Positions 36,761 through 49,993 of a stretch of DNA of 64,000 nt are shown here, piece by piece. The number at the start of each line of letters is the position of its first letter. Within the stretch, counting starts at the first letter, position 1. The DNA comes from Mobula birostris (taxonomy: Eukaryota): NCBI RefSeq assembly GCF_030028105.1, contig NC_092379.1:26343821-26407820 (forward strand), in the 5' to 3' direction. The notes beneath the pieces are model-generated. The model was not told the DNA's origin. It was given only the letters and a program-made list of their open reading frames with translations, and searched no databases. Made by a program: the position numbers and the translations under genes.

Positions 36761-39700
36761 AAGAGAGGGCCACAGTTTACATCTGTTGCTGCTAATATGA
36801 GGAGATACAAACCAATGAAAATCAAGATGGGAGAGATGCTGCAGCCGATTAGAATCCCCTTTTAGTCGTCTTGCCACCTGAATGTAAGTTGTACTGAAGT
36901 GAAGTGCAGTTGAATAATCCTAAACAACTGATAATCGTGTCTTGACTTATTGTTATGATAGAATAGTGGTCCAGACCAAGCTGAACGAGGACTTATAGTA
37001 TTGAACCGTCAGCCGTAGCGAGGTATAACCAGATAACTGCTAGGTTACCTTTTATTTGCCTGGCCTTGCGAATCAATTGGCTGATCATTGAGATGTTTTC
37101 AAGAAACACTGAAAAAAAAGGGGATTTCACCTTTCTGAGTGGAGGTGCTGAAATGTTGCGTTTCCATTGAGGGAATTTCATTGCCCGAAAAATAAGACCA
37201 AAGGATATTGTAGGGATACGAAATGAGTTCTGTAATGCAGTGTGTGGGTTAAAAAAAAAAATGAATGAAAAAAAGTGGCCAAAATGCACTAACCAGCAAA
37301 ACCTAAACCTGATATGGAGAAGGCAAAATACCAAAATAGAAGTAAGAGGCCAGCTTTCTCACAGTCATCGAGAAGAATACCCCACACTTCTCGCTCAGAA
37401 AGAGGATTATTATTAACGGGATGATGGCAGAGGAATATTTTTCCTTGGGAGCAAGGCATCCTTTAACAATTTTCCAGTTCAGTGCGATAGAACCTTTGGT
37501 CCAAATTTTCCTCATTATCTTCAACAAATAGAGGAGGCAATTTGGACATTTCTTACATAACGTTGCGTCTACCGCTCGGTCGAGAGGCTTTTCAGTCTTG
37601 CTTGATTTTTGTTCAGGGAACTTTTGGATTGAATTCTCGTCCCTGATTCCTACGGCGATCGCTGTTTGAAACTCGCTTTAAACTTTTAAAGTACAGGTGC
37701 CCCTTTGCTTTCAAAGGAAGTTTTTCTTTCCACGTTGCAAGCAATAATTCTTATGAAGGCATATTCACTGTGCCGTATTCGGTGCTGTCGACCAGGTATG
37801 GATGGCATAGCTGGTCGCGAGAGGTCGTATTTCATTGGTTTGATATTCAATGATTCGCGTTATAGCTCCATCAGGGTGGAACATACACATCTGTGAAGGT
37901 GACGTTTTCCTGTTCCGAGTTGGAAGTCGTCAACAACAGTCTCCAACGATTGAGAGGCTGTTACTGCAAACATGGAATGCCCGTAATTCCTAGGGGCACT
38001 GCTCCATGTCGTTTAAATTCCTTAAGGGAAGGAGTTTAATAAAATGACTTGAACCGCGTTTCTCCACTTTTCAGGAAATCATTCTGGATAATGACACACT
38101 AAAGATCAATTCACAAAATTGTATAGGAATATAGAGGATCAGAGAAAATGAGTTTGTAGATTATGCCGGCGAATACCTTGAAGTTTCATAATGTTGACAG
38201 ATTTCACCTAACAATTTGCCCGGACTCCTGTTTCATCAATAACGTCCTTCTGAGTATTCAGGGCGATAGAACGTATATGTGGCCCATTCTGTTCCAGAGG
38301 AGATAAGGCCACCACAAGTGTCGCAGAGTGCAGTCTCTTGAGTTCTCCATTCCGGCGAAAATGACAGTCACTCGGAAGTTTGCGAATGTTAAAAATTGCT
38401 TGGAACGAATACGTTTCCTTCAAAGCGCCCTGATAAAGCCAAAGTGAGAGGGGAAGTTGGCTTGTGAGACAGGTGTCTACACATATTTTTGGATTGAGGA
38501 GCGAGAAGATTGATCATCGTATTCACGGTCGTAATAATGTTCCTGTCCCCTATATATCTGGCAATCCATGTTATATGCAAGTAATTATATTTAGTGTGTC
38601 ACCTTCTCGAAAGATCCAGAAAAGAAATGAGGGGGAAAAAAAGACAACTGTGGCAAAGCACATTTGGAGATGCAATGTGTTACTTTAGTGGACTGTCGCG
38701 GAAAAAAAAAACAAAAAAAAACATTCGGTATATTTAGCAAATGTGTTGTCTGTTGTTTTTTATTATTTTTTTTTAATCCCAGTAGTAAAGATACAGCGAG
38801 AAGACGGCCTAACAAACCTTGAGCCACGCTGTCCCTGCAACCACCGTCAAAACTGCTGATCTCGAGGTGATACTGGCAGAATTTGCATTTTCCATTTAAC
38901 CCACACAGTATTCTTTGAATTACAAATGAAACCAATGTCTCCGGTGTCCCCCCACGTATTCGATCGTATGGACGTACAAATCTCCTCACAACACAGCGCC
39001 ACAAGTGAACAGCGAACTTCGAAATGACCCAAACCATGTCAGAGCCTTGCCAACCACATGCCTACCTACCATCCAAGTGGATAGACCGACAGCATATTAG
39101 TCCTACAGAGGGAAGAGTGTTTTTTTTGTTTCTGTTTTTTTTTATTAAGATGACACATAATCGGACAGGAATAAACATATAAACATTTTTAATGTTTACT
39201 AATTTTTACTGTTTTTAATATGTTCAATATGTAATATTTGTAACCAAGATAGTGGGATGCGCAGAATCAAATATCGCTGTGCTGATTGTATGCTCTAGTA
39301 CCAACTGTTTGGCTACAATAAAGTATAAAGTAAGTAAGTATAAGTAAGTATGTCCACTCCTGGAGGGATAACGAGTCACTTTAATGCCCTATCGTTAGGA
39401 AACTCTCAGTCGGAGAACATCTACAGTGAGAAAATAATACGTGGAAATACTGCCCGATTAACAGACAAAAAGGGAAAGAGACAGAGATGAGTGTAAGGAT
39501 GGGAGGTGATGATACAATGTGCAGATGCACAAGCACAAAGTGTACAGAATGCAAGAGAGAAAAATAGAGGGTAAATGATGTAAAAGAAGAAATTGCAGTC
39601 AGATACGTAGCAGGCAAACAGCGAGACAAACGAATAAGACGACAGGTGGAAGGAATGGCTGGAGAGAGAGGCACTGAGAGAATGACAGAGAGTGAGGGAG

Positions 39701-40402
39701 AAGAAAGAGGGAGAGAGTGAGAGAGGGGGTTGGGGAAAGAGACGATTTGTACTAAAAAGAGAAAATTAAAAAAAGACACATATATCAAGGAACCATAAAG
39801 AAACAATTGAAAGTGGGGAGATATTAATGGCTAGAGAAAGGCAGAGACCTGGACGTAGAAAGATAACCAAAGTGATAGAGAAAGAAAGGGAGTAGAAATG
39901 AATTGTAAGATATACAGGGATATTGGCGCAGGTAGAAATTGAGGCTGGGGGGGGGGGGAGAGATTGAGTGAGATAGAGACAAAGTGAAGGAGGAAGAGCT
40001 ATACCGTACACAACATTCATCCTTTGTTGTCCTTACAGATTAATTTGGTTGTGCTGTCCACTGAGACTCTGTGAAAAAAAAGGGCAATCTCCGTTCCACG
40101 GAGCTCATGCACACCTGGGTTGTCGAAGATTTAGATGTCTCTTATTAGGAGGAGCGATGTTGTCCAGAATGTCTGGGCTGGTATTACGCTGAACAGTCGA
40201 AAGATTGAAGGATGTAAATATTTTAGAGGACCCTATGTCGTATTGTGCTGTATATCTCCACGCCGTCGAACTGGCCATATCGTTGCGGGAACACTCAGAG
40301 CGCTATCCTGGGGATTGATAAACTGAATTAGCACTGAAACATCAACAGATAACGAATGATGGAATAGCAAGATGTGAGCACACACCAGGGCATACAAACA
40401 CA

Positions 40403-40404
<2 letters not shown>

Positions 40405-40462
<58 letters not shown>

Positions 40463-40467
40463 AACAC
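40405..40467 (+). repeat. (CA)n microsatellite
   Basis: Pure CA run 40405-40450, imperfect to 40467. Other microsatellites: (CT)n ~10852, (GA/GAGT)n ~15230, (CT)n ~26190 and ~42000, (GAAA)n ~42236. Confidence 0.95.
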
Positions 40468-41099
40468 AAAAGAGCACGATCTATAACGGAGAGAGATATA
40501 CAGATACAGACACCGATGCGCAGAGAATGAAGCAGCAACGGCAAGTGCGAAAGGATAGAAACCAGGAAGCGGAGATAATTATATACCATTATATGGACAA
40601 TAGCTGCATCATACAGAACTGCAGTTACTCAGTGACGTGGTTAATTTATTTTTGCGTTGTTTGTCTCTATGGAAAATCCCGAGATATGTCTTATATTTAA
40701 CATGTCTGAGGAACAGACCTCCTTCTGAGATGTGCCCTTATAGTTATCGGTGCTTTCCCGAAAGTCTGCAAGAAGCTCTTTTCTTGTATTTCTACCGCAT
40801 ATCTCTTTGGAATGTCGATCGAATGTACCATAGGAAAATAATGTATTTTCGAGAGCTGCAGGCTTAGCTCGTCAGAGCGCTGTGTCAGTCTGTTAATGGG
40901 GTGTGACGCTCTTTCCTTGAGGTACATGGACCTGTGACATCTGGGGCAATAGGCGGAACATGCATCAAGTGGTGCGTTCCCATTGGGCGCTTTTCGTTTC
41001 CTCTCTATTAGAGCACTTAAACAGTAGAATCGGAAAGTCCTGAATCCTGGCGACAATTTGTTGAGGAGAAAATCATACAACCATTTCTTCAGAAGAATA

Positions 41100-41566
41100 A
41101 TGTGGAGTTTCGTCATCTGGATTGTGTGCGGAGCCTGGTTAACTGGTTTGTTCGCAACAGACAATTCAAAACTCTTCTCGAAACTGAATTCTGTAAAAAA
41201 GAAAACAAAAAAAAAAAAACGTCAATATAACATTTCATGCTTTGACCTTATTTTTTTAGATACCAGTCATGGAAACGCTGTCACTCAGACCCCGTCACTA
41301 GAAGTGAAGACCGAAGAGGTGACTGTGACTTTGAACTGCACCTATAACACTACATGGAAGAGCTATTATTTATATTGGTACAGACAAAGGCTAGAACAAA
41401 GTCTCGAATACATACTGTACAAACATTCTGGTGCAAATGAAGATATTGCCGATTTTGCCAAAAGACGCTTCAAATTCTGTCTGGAGACGGCAGGAAAAAT
41501 ATGGAATGTCACCGTCTCAAAGCTGCAATTGAGCGACTCTGCAGTTTATTACTGTGTCCTACGTCG
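41100..41566 (+). CDS. Apparently functional T-cell receptor alpha/delta-type variable gene segment (leader 41100-41145, intron 41146-41259, V exon 41260-41566)
   Basis: Leader MWSFVIWIVCGAWLT/D with GT..AG phase-1 intron. V exon DTSHGNAVTQTPSLEVKTEEVTVTLNCTYNTTWKSYYLYWYRQRLEQSLEYILYKHSGANEDIADFAKRRFKFCLETAGKIWNVTVSKLQLSDSAVYYCVLR with C23, WYRQ, DSAVYYC, no stops, and an adjacent 23-RSS. TRAV versus TRDV cannot be decided here. Confidence 0.95.
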
Positions 41567-41605
41567 CACAGTGATATAGTCTAGTTAAATGCTCGTACAA
41601 AAAAA
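41567..41605 (+). promoter_or_regulatory. 23-bp-spacer RSS of the intact V
   Basis: Perfect heptamer CACAGTG (41567-41573), 23 nt spacer, nonamer ACAAAAAAA (41597-41605). Confidence 0.95.
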
Positions 41606-43189
41606 TCACTTACTGTAGAATCCATGCTTTAATCGCTGCAGCTAGGTATATTTGTAAACTCCTTTTACTGATTGTGGTTTCCCGCCACTAAGTGTACCTG
41701 TTAAAGTTTCCCTCGCCTTCGTCTGTGAAGACTCAGCAATGATGTAACCGCACGGTTCTTTCCATTGCCACAGTGAGATCTCAAGCCTCAGGTATCTCAT
41801 TTCAGTTGTTAATATACGTTAACCCGGCAAGAAACAATATGAACGCTGTGTGCAGTAACAGAGAAATAGAGAAACTGTGCATATGCGCATCCATGTCTGG
41901 GAGCGTATGGGTATTCCGACAAACCTGATGGATGTTTCCCTTGTTTAGCACCCACTGAGATTTTGGTGCAGAGATCAGTGTCAGTCTTGCTTGTTTGATC
42001 TCTCTCTCTCTCTCCCCCTCTCCCCCTCTCTCTCTCTCTCTCTCTCTCTCCCCTAATTGAGCTCCAGCACTGTTTTCCAGCATCATTTATTTTGGCGAAG
42101 GTGAGTATTTTAGAGGCTCCCGATGCCGATCTAGAGGCTATCCGGCCTCCATCCTGCTGTTTGTGTGTCAAATCGTTCACGAGCTGGTTGAGTGGTTTCC
42201 TTCATGATATCACTGGCCGTTTTCGGGCATTAAAAAAAGAAAGAAAGAAAAAAAGAAGGAACGAATGAAAGGAAGGTAGAAAGAAAGAAAGAAAGAAAGA
42301 AATGAATGTAAGCCTGATTGGGATACTTGCCAATTCTGGAGAAACTGGGCTTTCAACTACTAATGCATGCTGAGAATATCCTCGGATATTAGGCGCAGTG
42401 CCAGAAACTCAAAAAAAGAGATATACTTGGCCTCTGGAACCAAGAAGGAGGATGTTTCTCGGAGTAACTTATGTGTCCTTATAACGGGAATCAGGAAGAA
42501 CTGTTCGACTCAAGCTGTGAGATAATTCGCGTTTATTTTAAACGACGGATCATAGCACTGACCGTGGGATGCCAAACAAAGTTATGGGAAGTTGTTTATC
42601 TTGCTGTTTGAATATGAGCACTGTACAGCCTAAAATTCAGACATCTGGTGGCAGTGGACACTGCTGCAGACTCTTCATGATATCATGTATATAAACTCTT
42701 AAATCGAAACTCGAAGACACTGGTGTTCTTAGTTAGTGTTTCCATGACAATATCCTTCATAAATTTGTATATCTCTGTCACATCTCCTCTCCAATAACTA
42801 AGTTCTGATGAAAAGTACTAACTTATTTATCCCTTCCGCATAACTTAGGTCTGCCTGACCAGGAGAGTTTCTTTCAAATATTCTTTCCACCATTTCAACC
42901 TAACCTACACCTTTCCAGCAGATAGCTGACCATAACTGAAAAAACAAAAACGCCAATTTAGTCCTCAAAACGCCTTATGCAACGGTAAGTTACCACCCCG
43001 CTGCTGTAAGATATACTATGTTTTTTTTTGAAAGCTCTTGTGCCAAAAGCTTTCATTCATTCCCAATCTACCGGTGATACAACTTTCGAGGAATTAAGAA
43101 GCTATGAACTCAGATTCCGTTTTTTTTTTCTTCCAAACACATTCCTCTGTTCCTACCGTTCATAGTGTAAGATTAACCTGGTTGGTGAA

Positions 43190-43770
43190 GTGAAACACAT
43201 CACATTTTTCTTACCAGGTTTCCAGCTGATCCAGATCTCTCTACAATCCATGATAACTTTCCACGCTGTCCCTTGGACCTCAATCTTGTGGTCTTCAGCA
43301 TTTTTTCTATCCTGCTAACCACATTGACAATCAGATCGCCGATATAGATTGCACACAACATACCTTTAGTACTCCAATAGTCGCAGTGCTCCCATCGGAG
43401 AGAAAACATCTACTCTCACTTGGAAGATTCTCCCACAAGCCAATCCCTTATCTAAATTAAAAGGACTGAACCTTCTTGACAGACTTCCATGTAGGACCTT
43501 GTCAACGGCCTTGCTGAAGACATTGTAAAAAACATCCATTGCCTTGTTTTCATAAATATTTCTGGTAGTTCTCTTGAAAAACAAAAAAAAAAAGACTCGG
43601 TAAGATTGGTGGGACGCGAGCTCCCAAGAACGAAGACAGCCTGCTTATCCCATATCGGTGCCTGTCCAGATACTTACGTATCGGGTCAAAATAGAAAACT
43701 CTCCAAAGCGGAACGATTCCGTCCTTCAAAATAATAATTATTGTCCAGTGTGGCCAATGCAAGTCATGGC
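43190..43770 (-). mobile_element. Old decayed CR1 RT fragment
   Basis: KAMDVFYNVFSKAVDKVLHG and AIYIGDLIVNVVSRI resemble CR1 RT motifs ([22 protein letters not shown]). Confidence 0.7.
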
Positions 43771-44459
43771 GACTGGAGTCAATGCTATCTGGTTGTAGCT
43801 GTTTCGTCGTTCAGTTTCAAAGATTTTAGTTATTTGACATTGGGATGATGGTGGGTGATCCGAAATCTGAATAAGTGAATTTTTGAAGAAGTCCGTAAAG
43901 ATATCATTGAGCAGGTGTGTACACAGCCTGACTACTTCACCTGAGATGTGTTCTTGCCAGGTCTAATAACTGAGAGAGAGTGATATCTGTTAGATTCATT
44001 CTGATGTCAGCTGCTGTTGCAGAAGGGAAGGCAGCCTTGTGGACTTTTAATATGGAGTGTACATCCATGTTCACCACATAGATTAGTGTTGTAAGCAAGT
44101 AAGGAGCGGAAAAGGGCTATAAATGGGAGCCTGAATTGGGGAATGAATTTAGAGTAAACGGAACCCGGAGCAAATTACGTGAAATTGGAGAAATCCATGT
44201 TAATGCCATCGTGTTAGACTGTACTCAAACGAATGTGGGATTTTTCCTCAGGATAGCAGAATAAGAGGGCATAGACGCCATGTTGGAAGCGATTTCGTAA
44301 TTAAATTAAAATGGTTGGCCTGCATTAATATCCTCCCTGTTGCAAACAGAGCGAATGTGCACAATACTCTACCCCCACAACTTACGTCGAGTCTCACCGA
44401 TGTTTTGCACACCGTATCAGAAACACTGCATATAGTGAATGCGAGAAAAAGATGAAGAA

Positions 44460-45630
44460 TAAAGGAGAGAATTTACACAATAAACACAAAATAATCTGCA
44501 GATGCTGGGGTCGTAGCAACACTCACAACACGCTGGAGGAAATCAGCAGGTCGGATGGCATCCGTGGAAGCGATCAGTCGTCGTTTCGGGCCGGAACCCT
44601 TCGTCGGGACTGCAGAGGGAAGGGGCAGAGCCCCTATCATGAAGGTGGGGAGAGGGTGGGAATGAGAAGGCTGGTAGATTCCAGGTGACAAAACAGTAAG
44701 GGGAAAGATAAAGGGGTCCAGCAAGGGCAGTAGGGAGATGATAGGCAGGAAAGGTGAAGAAGAAATAAGGGTAAACACAATGGGTAGTAGAAGGAGGCAG
44801 AACCATCAGGGGGGTGATAGACAGATGGCGGAGGGGCAGACTAACATAGGGATAGAGGAAGAGAGGGAGAGGGAATTACTGGAAGTTGGAGAATTCTATG
44901 TTCATACCAAGGGGCTGGAAAATATGTAGACGGTATATGAGGTGTTGTTCTTCCAAACTGAGTTTAGCCTCATCATGGCTGAAGAGGAGGCCATGTATGG
45001 ACATAATCGAATGGGAGTGGGAAGCAGAGTTGAAGTGGTTGGCGACTGGGAGATTCTGTCGGTTGTGGCGGACGGAGCAGAGGTGCTCAACGAAGCGGTC
45101 CCCCAATCTGCGTTGGGTTTCTACGATGTAGAGCTCCGGGAGCAACGGATGAAATAGTTGACCCCAACAGACGCACAAGTGAAGTGTTACCTCACTTGGA
45201 AGGACTGCTTGCAGGCCCTGAATGGTGGCAAGAGAGGAGGTGTAAGGACAGGTGCAGCACTTGCGCTTACAGGGATACGTGCCGGGTATGAGATCCGTGG
45301 ACAAGGACGTGTGGAGCAGGGACTCGCAGAGGGACAGACCCCTGCGGAAAGCGGAGAGGGGTGAAGAGGGGAAAATGTGCTTAGTGGTGGGGTCCTGTTG
45401 AAGGTGGCGGAAGCTGCAGAGGATAATGTGCTGGATCCGGAGGCTGGTGAGATGGTAGGTGAGGACAAGGGGAACTCTATCCCTGTTGTGGTAGCGGGAG
45501 GATGGGGTGAGGACCGAAGTGCGGGAAATGGAGGAGATGCAGGTGAGGGCATCATTGATGACAGCAGAAGGGAAACCACGATCCTTAAAGAAAGAGGACA
45601 TTTGAGATGTCCTGGAACGGACACCATTTT
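44460..45630 (-). mobile_element. 5'-truncated Penelope-like element (GIY-YIG end plus terminal repeat)
   Basis: ORF 44876-45601 MSSFFKDRGFPSAVINDALT...RVPLVLTYH...LYIVETQRRLGDRFVEH, homologous to 28837-29568; terminal repeat 44470-44880. Confidence 0.85.
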
Positions 45631-46065
45631 GGCCCTCATAGCTTGGTCCGCTATTTCATGATGGGTGATCCATTTCTCGTCTCATTCCCAACCACCGTTC
45701 TTCACCCCGTATCCCTTTTACCCTAGCCAATCAAGAATTAATCTACTTCTGTCTTAAATATAGGTACAGATTTGGACTAAGCAGCTAGCTGTTGCAAAGA
45801 ATTCCACAGGGTCCCACTTTCAGGCCAAATAAATCCATCTTCATCTCCGTTCTGAAAGGACGCCCATGTATTTAAGTCTCTTTCTCATTTCGACATTGGT
45901 CCAATAACCTATTGTATTAACAGCCCAGCGTGCTGTAGGGAAGCCAATTCTGAAACCACATAGTCAAGTTTCACTCCATGCATGTATTTGCGGATGAGGA
46001 CACATTTGTGAGCATTCTCCAAACTTTTTAATGTAATCCATGAACAATAAATCTATTCAGTGTTA

Positions 46066-46275
46066 GGCACGTGACCAAGTGGTTAAGGCGTTCGTCTGGT
46101 TACCTCAAGATCGCTAGTTCGAGCCTCGGCTGTGGCTGGGTGTTTGTACCCTTGAGGAAGGCACTTAAACACACTTTGCTCTATTCTGTGCGAGGAGATT
46201 TACCCCACACAGACTTCCAATCTGCGCCTTGTAAGACATGAAAATGCCCGACGCAGGCTCTCATGGTCTGAGCCG
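46066..46275 (+). mobile_element. tRNA-derived SINE
   Basis: Pol III box A-like TGACCAAGTGG (~46072) and box B GTTCGAGCC (~46117) in a tRNA-like head, followed by a non-tRNA body; not a foldable complete tRNA. Confidence 0.7.
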
Positions 46276-48399
46276 ACGTTCCCTCCCCATGAACACCACA
46301 TATTCCTCATGCATTGCAGCACAGCTCACACTGAAAAAAAAATAAAACTATTTGCGCCTGTGTTTGTTTGAATTTCCAAAATATCCACCCACCAGCAATG
46401 TTCAGCTAACCCCATTCAATCTCATCTGATAAGGCAGACTTTGAACATCTTTGTAAGTGTCTCCTGCACCACCTGCACCCAACTGCCTCCATCTGAACTA
46501 CGGCAACTAGAACTTCAGGAATTACTGTTGGTGCTATCCCGCAGTTACAACAGTAGTACAGTACAGGATTAATTTATCAATTTTAAGTATTTGAGCAACG
46601 GGAAGAAAACAGCACATCCGGAGGAAATGTGCAGGGTGATGCGGAGTACCTAAAAGTTCCTTGGAGTATTTGCCTTTTAACAAATGCATTGGCCCCTGCC
46701 ATGGCTAATTTCCGAAGAATCCAGATAAAGATTAGTCCCTACATACAGTCTGAAACGGAAATTTTCAACTCCAAGTAGTTTCAACAACAGGCACATTGAA
46801 CACATGCTTCTGGATGATATAAAATCCAGCAGGCCCACGAAGCACTCCCAAGCATTCAACAGACTCCAATTAACTTAATCTTCGTGTCATACATATCGCT
46901 CCATTCTTCTTTTTTTCATTCATCTGGCTATCTGACAGTGCCAAATTCCCCATAACACCAAACTAAGCGGTTCGTGCCATGCACTCACCACTCTGTGTAA
47001 AGAACTGATTTCTGCCATTTTCCATGATAATTTCCTCTAACTAACTTAAATTATCATCCCTCGTAGTTACCTGTCCGCAATAAGAATATGTCCCTGAATA
47101 TCCATGTCGATTTATGTATTTTCACATAGTGTACAAATGCATCAATTCATCTTCCCTCTTCATTGGCTTCAAGGGGATAAGCCACAGATCGGTCAATCTA
47201 TATTTGAAGGACACGTTCGTTAGTCCAGCATGCAACCGGGAAAATCTAAATCCACACCATCTCTAAAGTTGTAACAACCTGCCAAAAACAGATGACTCCA
47301 ACAAAAGAATATGCCAAACGTGTTTTAATTGGGGCTTGTAGAGGCAAACCATTACCTCGGAGCTCTTGAACACGAATATCCAACAACTGTAAGGCCTACG
47401 TCACACATGTTTTTTTGTAAGCAGTATTCTAAACTTGCCCACTAATCTTGAGGGTGAATTGATATACAGCTGAAAGTCCCTTTGTTCGTTTTCATTGCTA
47501 ATAGTCCTCCTATTTACAACATATTCTTCCTGCGGAGCACAAGCTGAGAAAAGGAAACAAATCTGAGGTAAATTTTGTAGGGGAACTCATTCGCTGAATT
47601 GATCACGTGAGGTGGAAAATATCTGATGACAGCACTGAGCCAGTCTTCTACAGGCGAGTCTGCCTTCCATGGTCGATTTGACTGTGTCAAACATCTCTGC
47701 CCGAGAAGGAGACCAAGGTGGTTGTACCATAATTGCAAGGTTCCATGTAGATCTGGCTGTTTATCTAAGAAAAGTTATGCTGGCATTAGAGAGGGGCCAG
47801 TGCGTTTATTGGTCCCGTGCTTATAATCTGGTGTTTAGAAGAATAAGGGGTGATCAAATACTGAAAGGCATTAATATAACGTATGTACGTTATCAATATT
47901 TGGGAATCAATGACGAGCGGGGACATTCTTAGAGAAGGTGGACTTCGATGTACAACAAGCAGGAGCAACGATTTATTTTTCAAGGGCTGCTGAAATTGTT
48001 TATTGTAATTCCCAAGTAATTAAGCATTTTTAAAACTAAGCATAATCGTTTTTTTTTTATTATTACTATTATTATTAGACCAGGGATCGACGATTACGGA
48101 AGAAGGCAGGAAAATAAGTGATCCAGATATTCATTAAGCCACGGTAAAATATCGTGGCCGACTCGATGTGTCCAATTCTGCTCATTCTTATTCTGCTTAT
48201 TCTGCTCCTCCACCAGGAATCGTCTGGCAGCAATACTGAAGACCTTTCTGCAACAGCAGCAACAGACCACAACAAATCCTTACGTAATTATTCTCCGATA
48301 GTGGTATATCCCTTCATCCAACCGTTCAAGATATTACGTCGGATTAACCAAGTTACTTCCGGTGTATAGTTTCAACAAAAAAAAAAAATGTCTGAACTC

Positions 48400-48700
48400 C
48401 CCACCCCGCCCCAACTACACTCGTCTGAAGCCCCTTCTGCAGTCCGCAGGCAGCAGTCTCGATATGGAACTGACCTCTCGCATCATCGATAGCAGATGCG
48501 AAGCACTGTCCTACAATTTCTGTTCTCTCCTCTGGGCCGTGACTGTCTTTGTCGGTGGATTAGAATGATTACTAACAGAAGGAAAGATCGTCTGTTCCAT
48601 CTCGGCACAGCATGGATCCGAACCTGATTGTTGCCTTCTACCGTCACCAACCGGATAGGTTTGAGACATGTTTTGTCAATGATATTGAACGAGTGAGTTA
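48400..48700 (-). pseudogene. Decayed TCR V relic
   Basis: LVTVEGNNQVRI (FR1-like). QCFASAIDDARG/SVP is in register with QRFTAQLHDSSGTVP of the 9.6 kb V, and Cys (TGT) falls 16 codons after P, at the C104 position. Frameshifted; RSS not recognisable. Confidence 0.45.
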
Positions 48701-49993
48701 AACTATAATCTAAACCATAAATATAACTACCCGAACACTATACCAGCTCGCATTCTAACATACTCTAGCTTCGTTTTCGCAAATAAACTCTCAGTTATTT
48801 CCTTATTGAAGTTATATCTATTAATGATACTCCACCGATTCGTCCAGTGACGATCTCGTTCATTTTCATGAGGGATCATTTATCACAGTCATGCATTCCG
48901 ATTTTTCACAATATATATATTCATAATCATCGTTGACAGCGTTGATAATAAACAGAACTTTGCTGCTGCTGTCAGAGAATCAAGAATACCCCTAAACAAC
49001 GACGGCGAGCGATCCCAGCAGTTATTCATATCTCCATCTTGAGTCTTCGGCTGCAGTGGGCTTATGTAAATTGCCAACATGCCGATAAATCTGTCGTTTA
49101 TTTATGCTGACGAATTGTTGTAGGAACGTTTATGTTCTCCATCAGAAGAAGCATTTTGAAACACTGCGTGTACCAATGTTTATTTCCCGTTCTGAAGAAC
49201 AGAGCTCCTACGTTTGCATTTTTTCTGACGCGCTCCTACTCCTACAGCAATTTTACCAATTTGACGTTATTGCAGACTAATATTAAATCTTTTATAACCT
49301 GTTTCTGCTCTCTGATCAAGTGTTATGCTAATTCCCTTTATTTTTGACTTCTTGCTTGCTCGGGCTACCAGCTGCGTTCAGGGTTCTGAATTATTGAGCC
49401 AGCAATTTCCCGTAATTAATCCGCCATCATATGACTCAATTTACCGAGTCACTTCACAGGAAACTCAGCATCTACCTGTTTGGTTTGACTCTTGTCACGC
49501 ATGTGAACTAATCAAAGTAAGCTCGCTAACTTCTTTCTCCTTAACATCTGGTTGATGGAGAAATACAGAATAGGATGGGGTGCACATCATTTATGCCCTC
49601 AATCCGGCACCAGTTCACCGCCTCATGCAAGATAAGTACACCCCGTAAAAGCATGTTTTTTCCACCCCGAATACCGGCTCCACCGTGCGGTTCATGTCAT
49701 GCCCCAGAAATCCAGCTACGCAGTAATTATGACTCAGCAGCATATCTGTTCGTTGCCCTGCTAAAATCTCCAGAACTGACACTATACAGTAGAACAAACA
49801 ACAACACGGCACAGGACAGGGTCATAGAAATTTATTTTGCGCGCCATTTTGTTTCATAGAGCCCTCCATGTGTCTTTTATGCAGCTGCACGTCTTAGTGT
49901 CTCTTAAAAGTCATTCACGTAACAGTTTATACAAATTCCTTGTATATGGCTTTCCACGCAAATGTCACATACTGTGTAAAAATAACGATGAGA

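Noticed and set aside
36080-36825. Signal-peptide-like ORF and EEETVVSPY suggesting an ecto-ADP-ribosyltransferase
   Set aside because: Surrounding frames fit BEL/Pao RNase H and integrase motifs better; no ART R-S-E motifs in register.
38591-39037. ORF with YHLEISS...RDS, V-like
   Set aside because: No C23, W41 or YYC in register and no RSS; probably over-fitting.
41769-41775. Perfect heptamer CACAGTG downstream of the V
   Set aside because: No nonamer at 12 or 23 nt.
42068-42110. CACTGTT followed by YFGEG and GTGAGT (J-like)
   Set aside because: The nonamer position is occupied by the (CT)n microsatellite; no GT-x-L-x-V after FGxG.
48154-48369. ORF starting MCPILLILILLILLLHQESSG (signal-peptide-like)
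   Set aside because: Hydrophobicity comes from a short ATTCTGCTY tandem repeat; no recognisable domain or splice structure.
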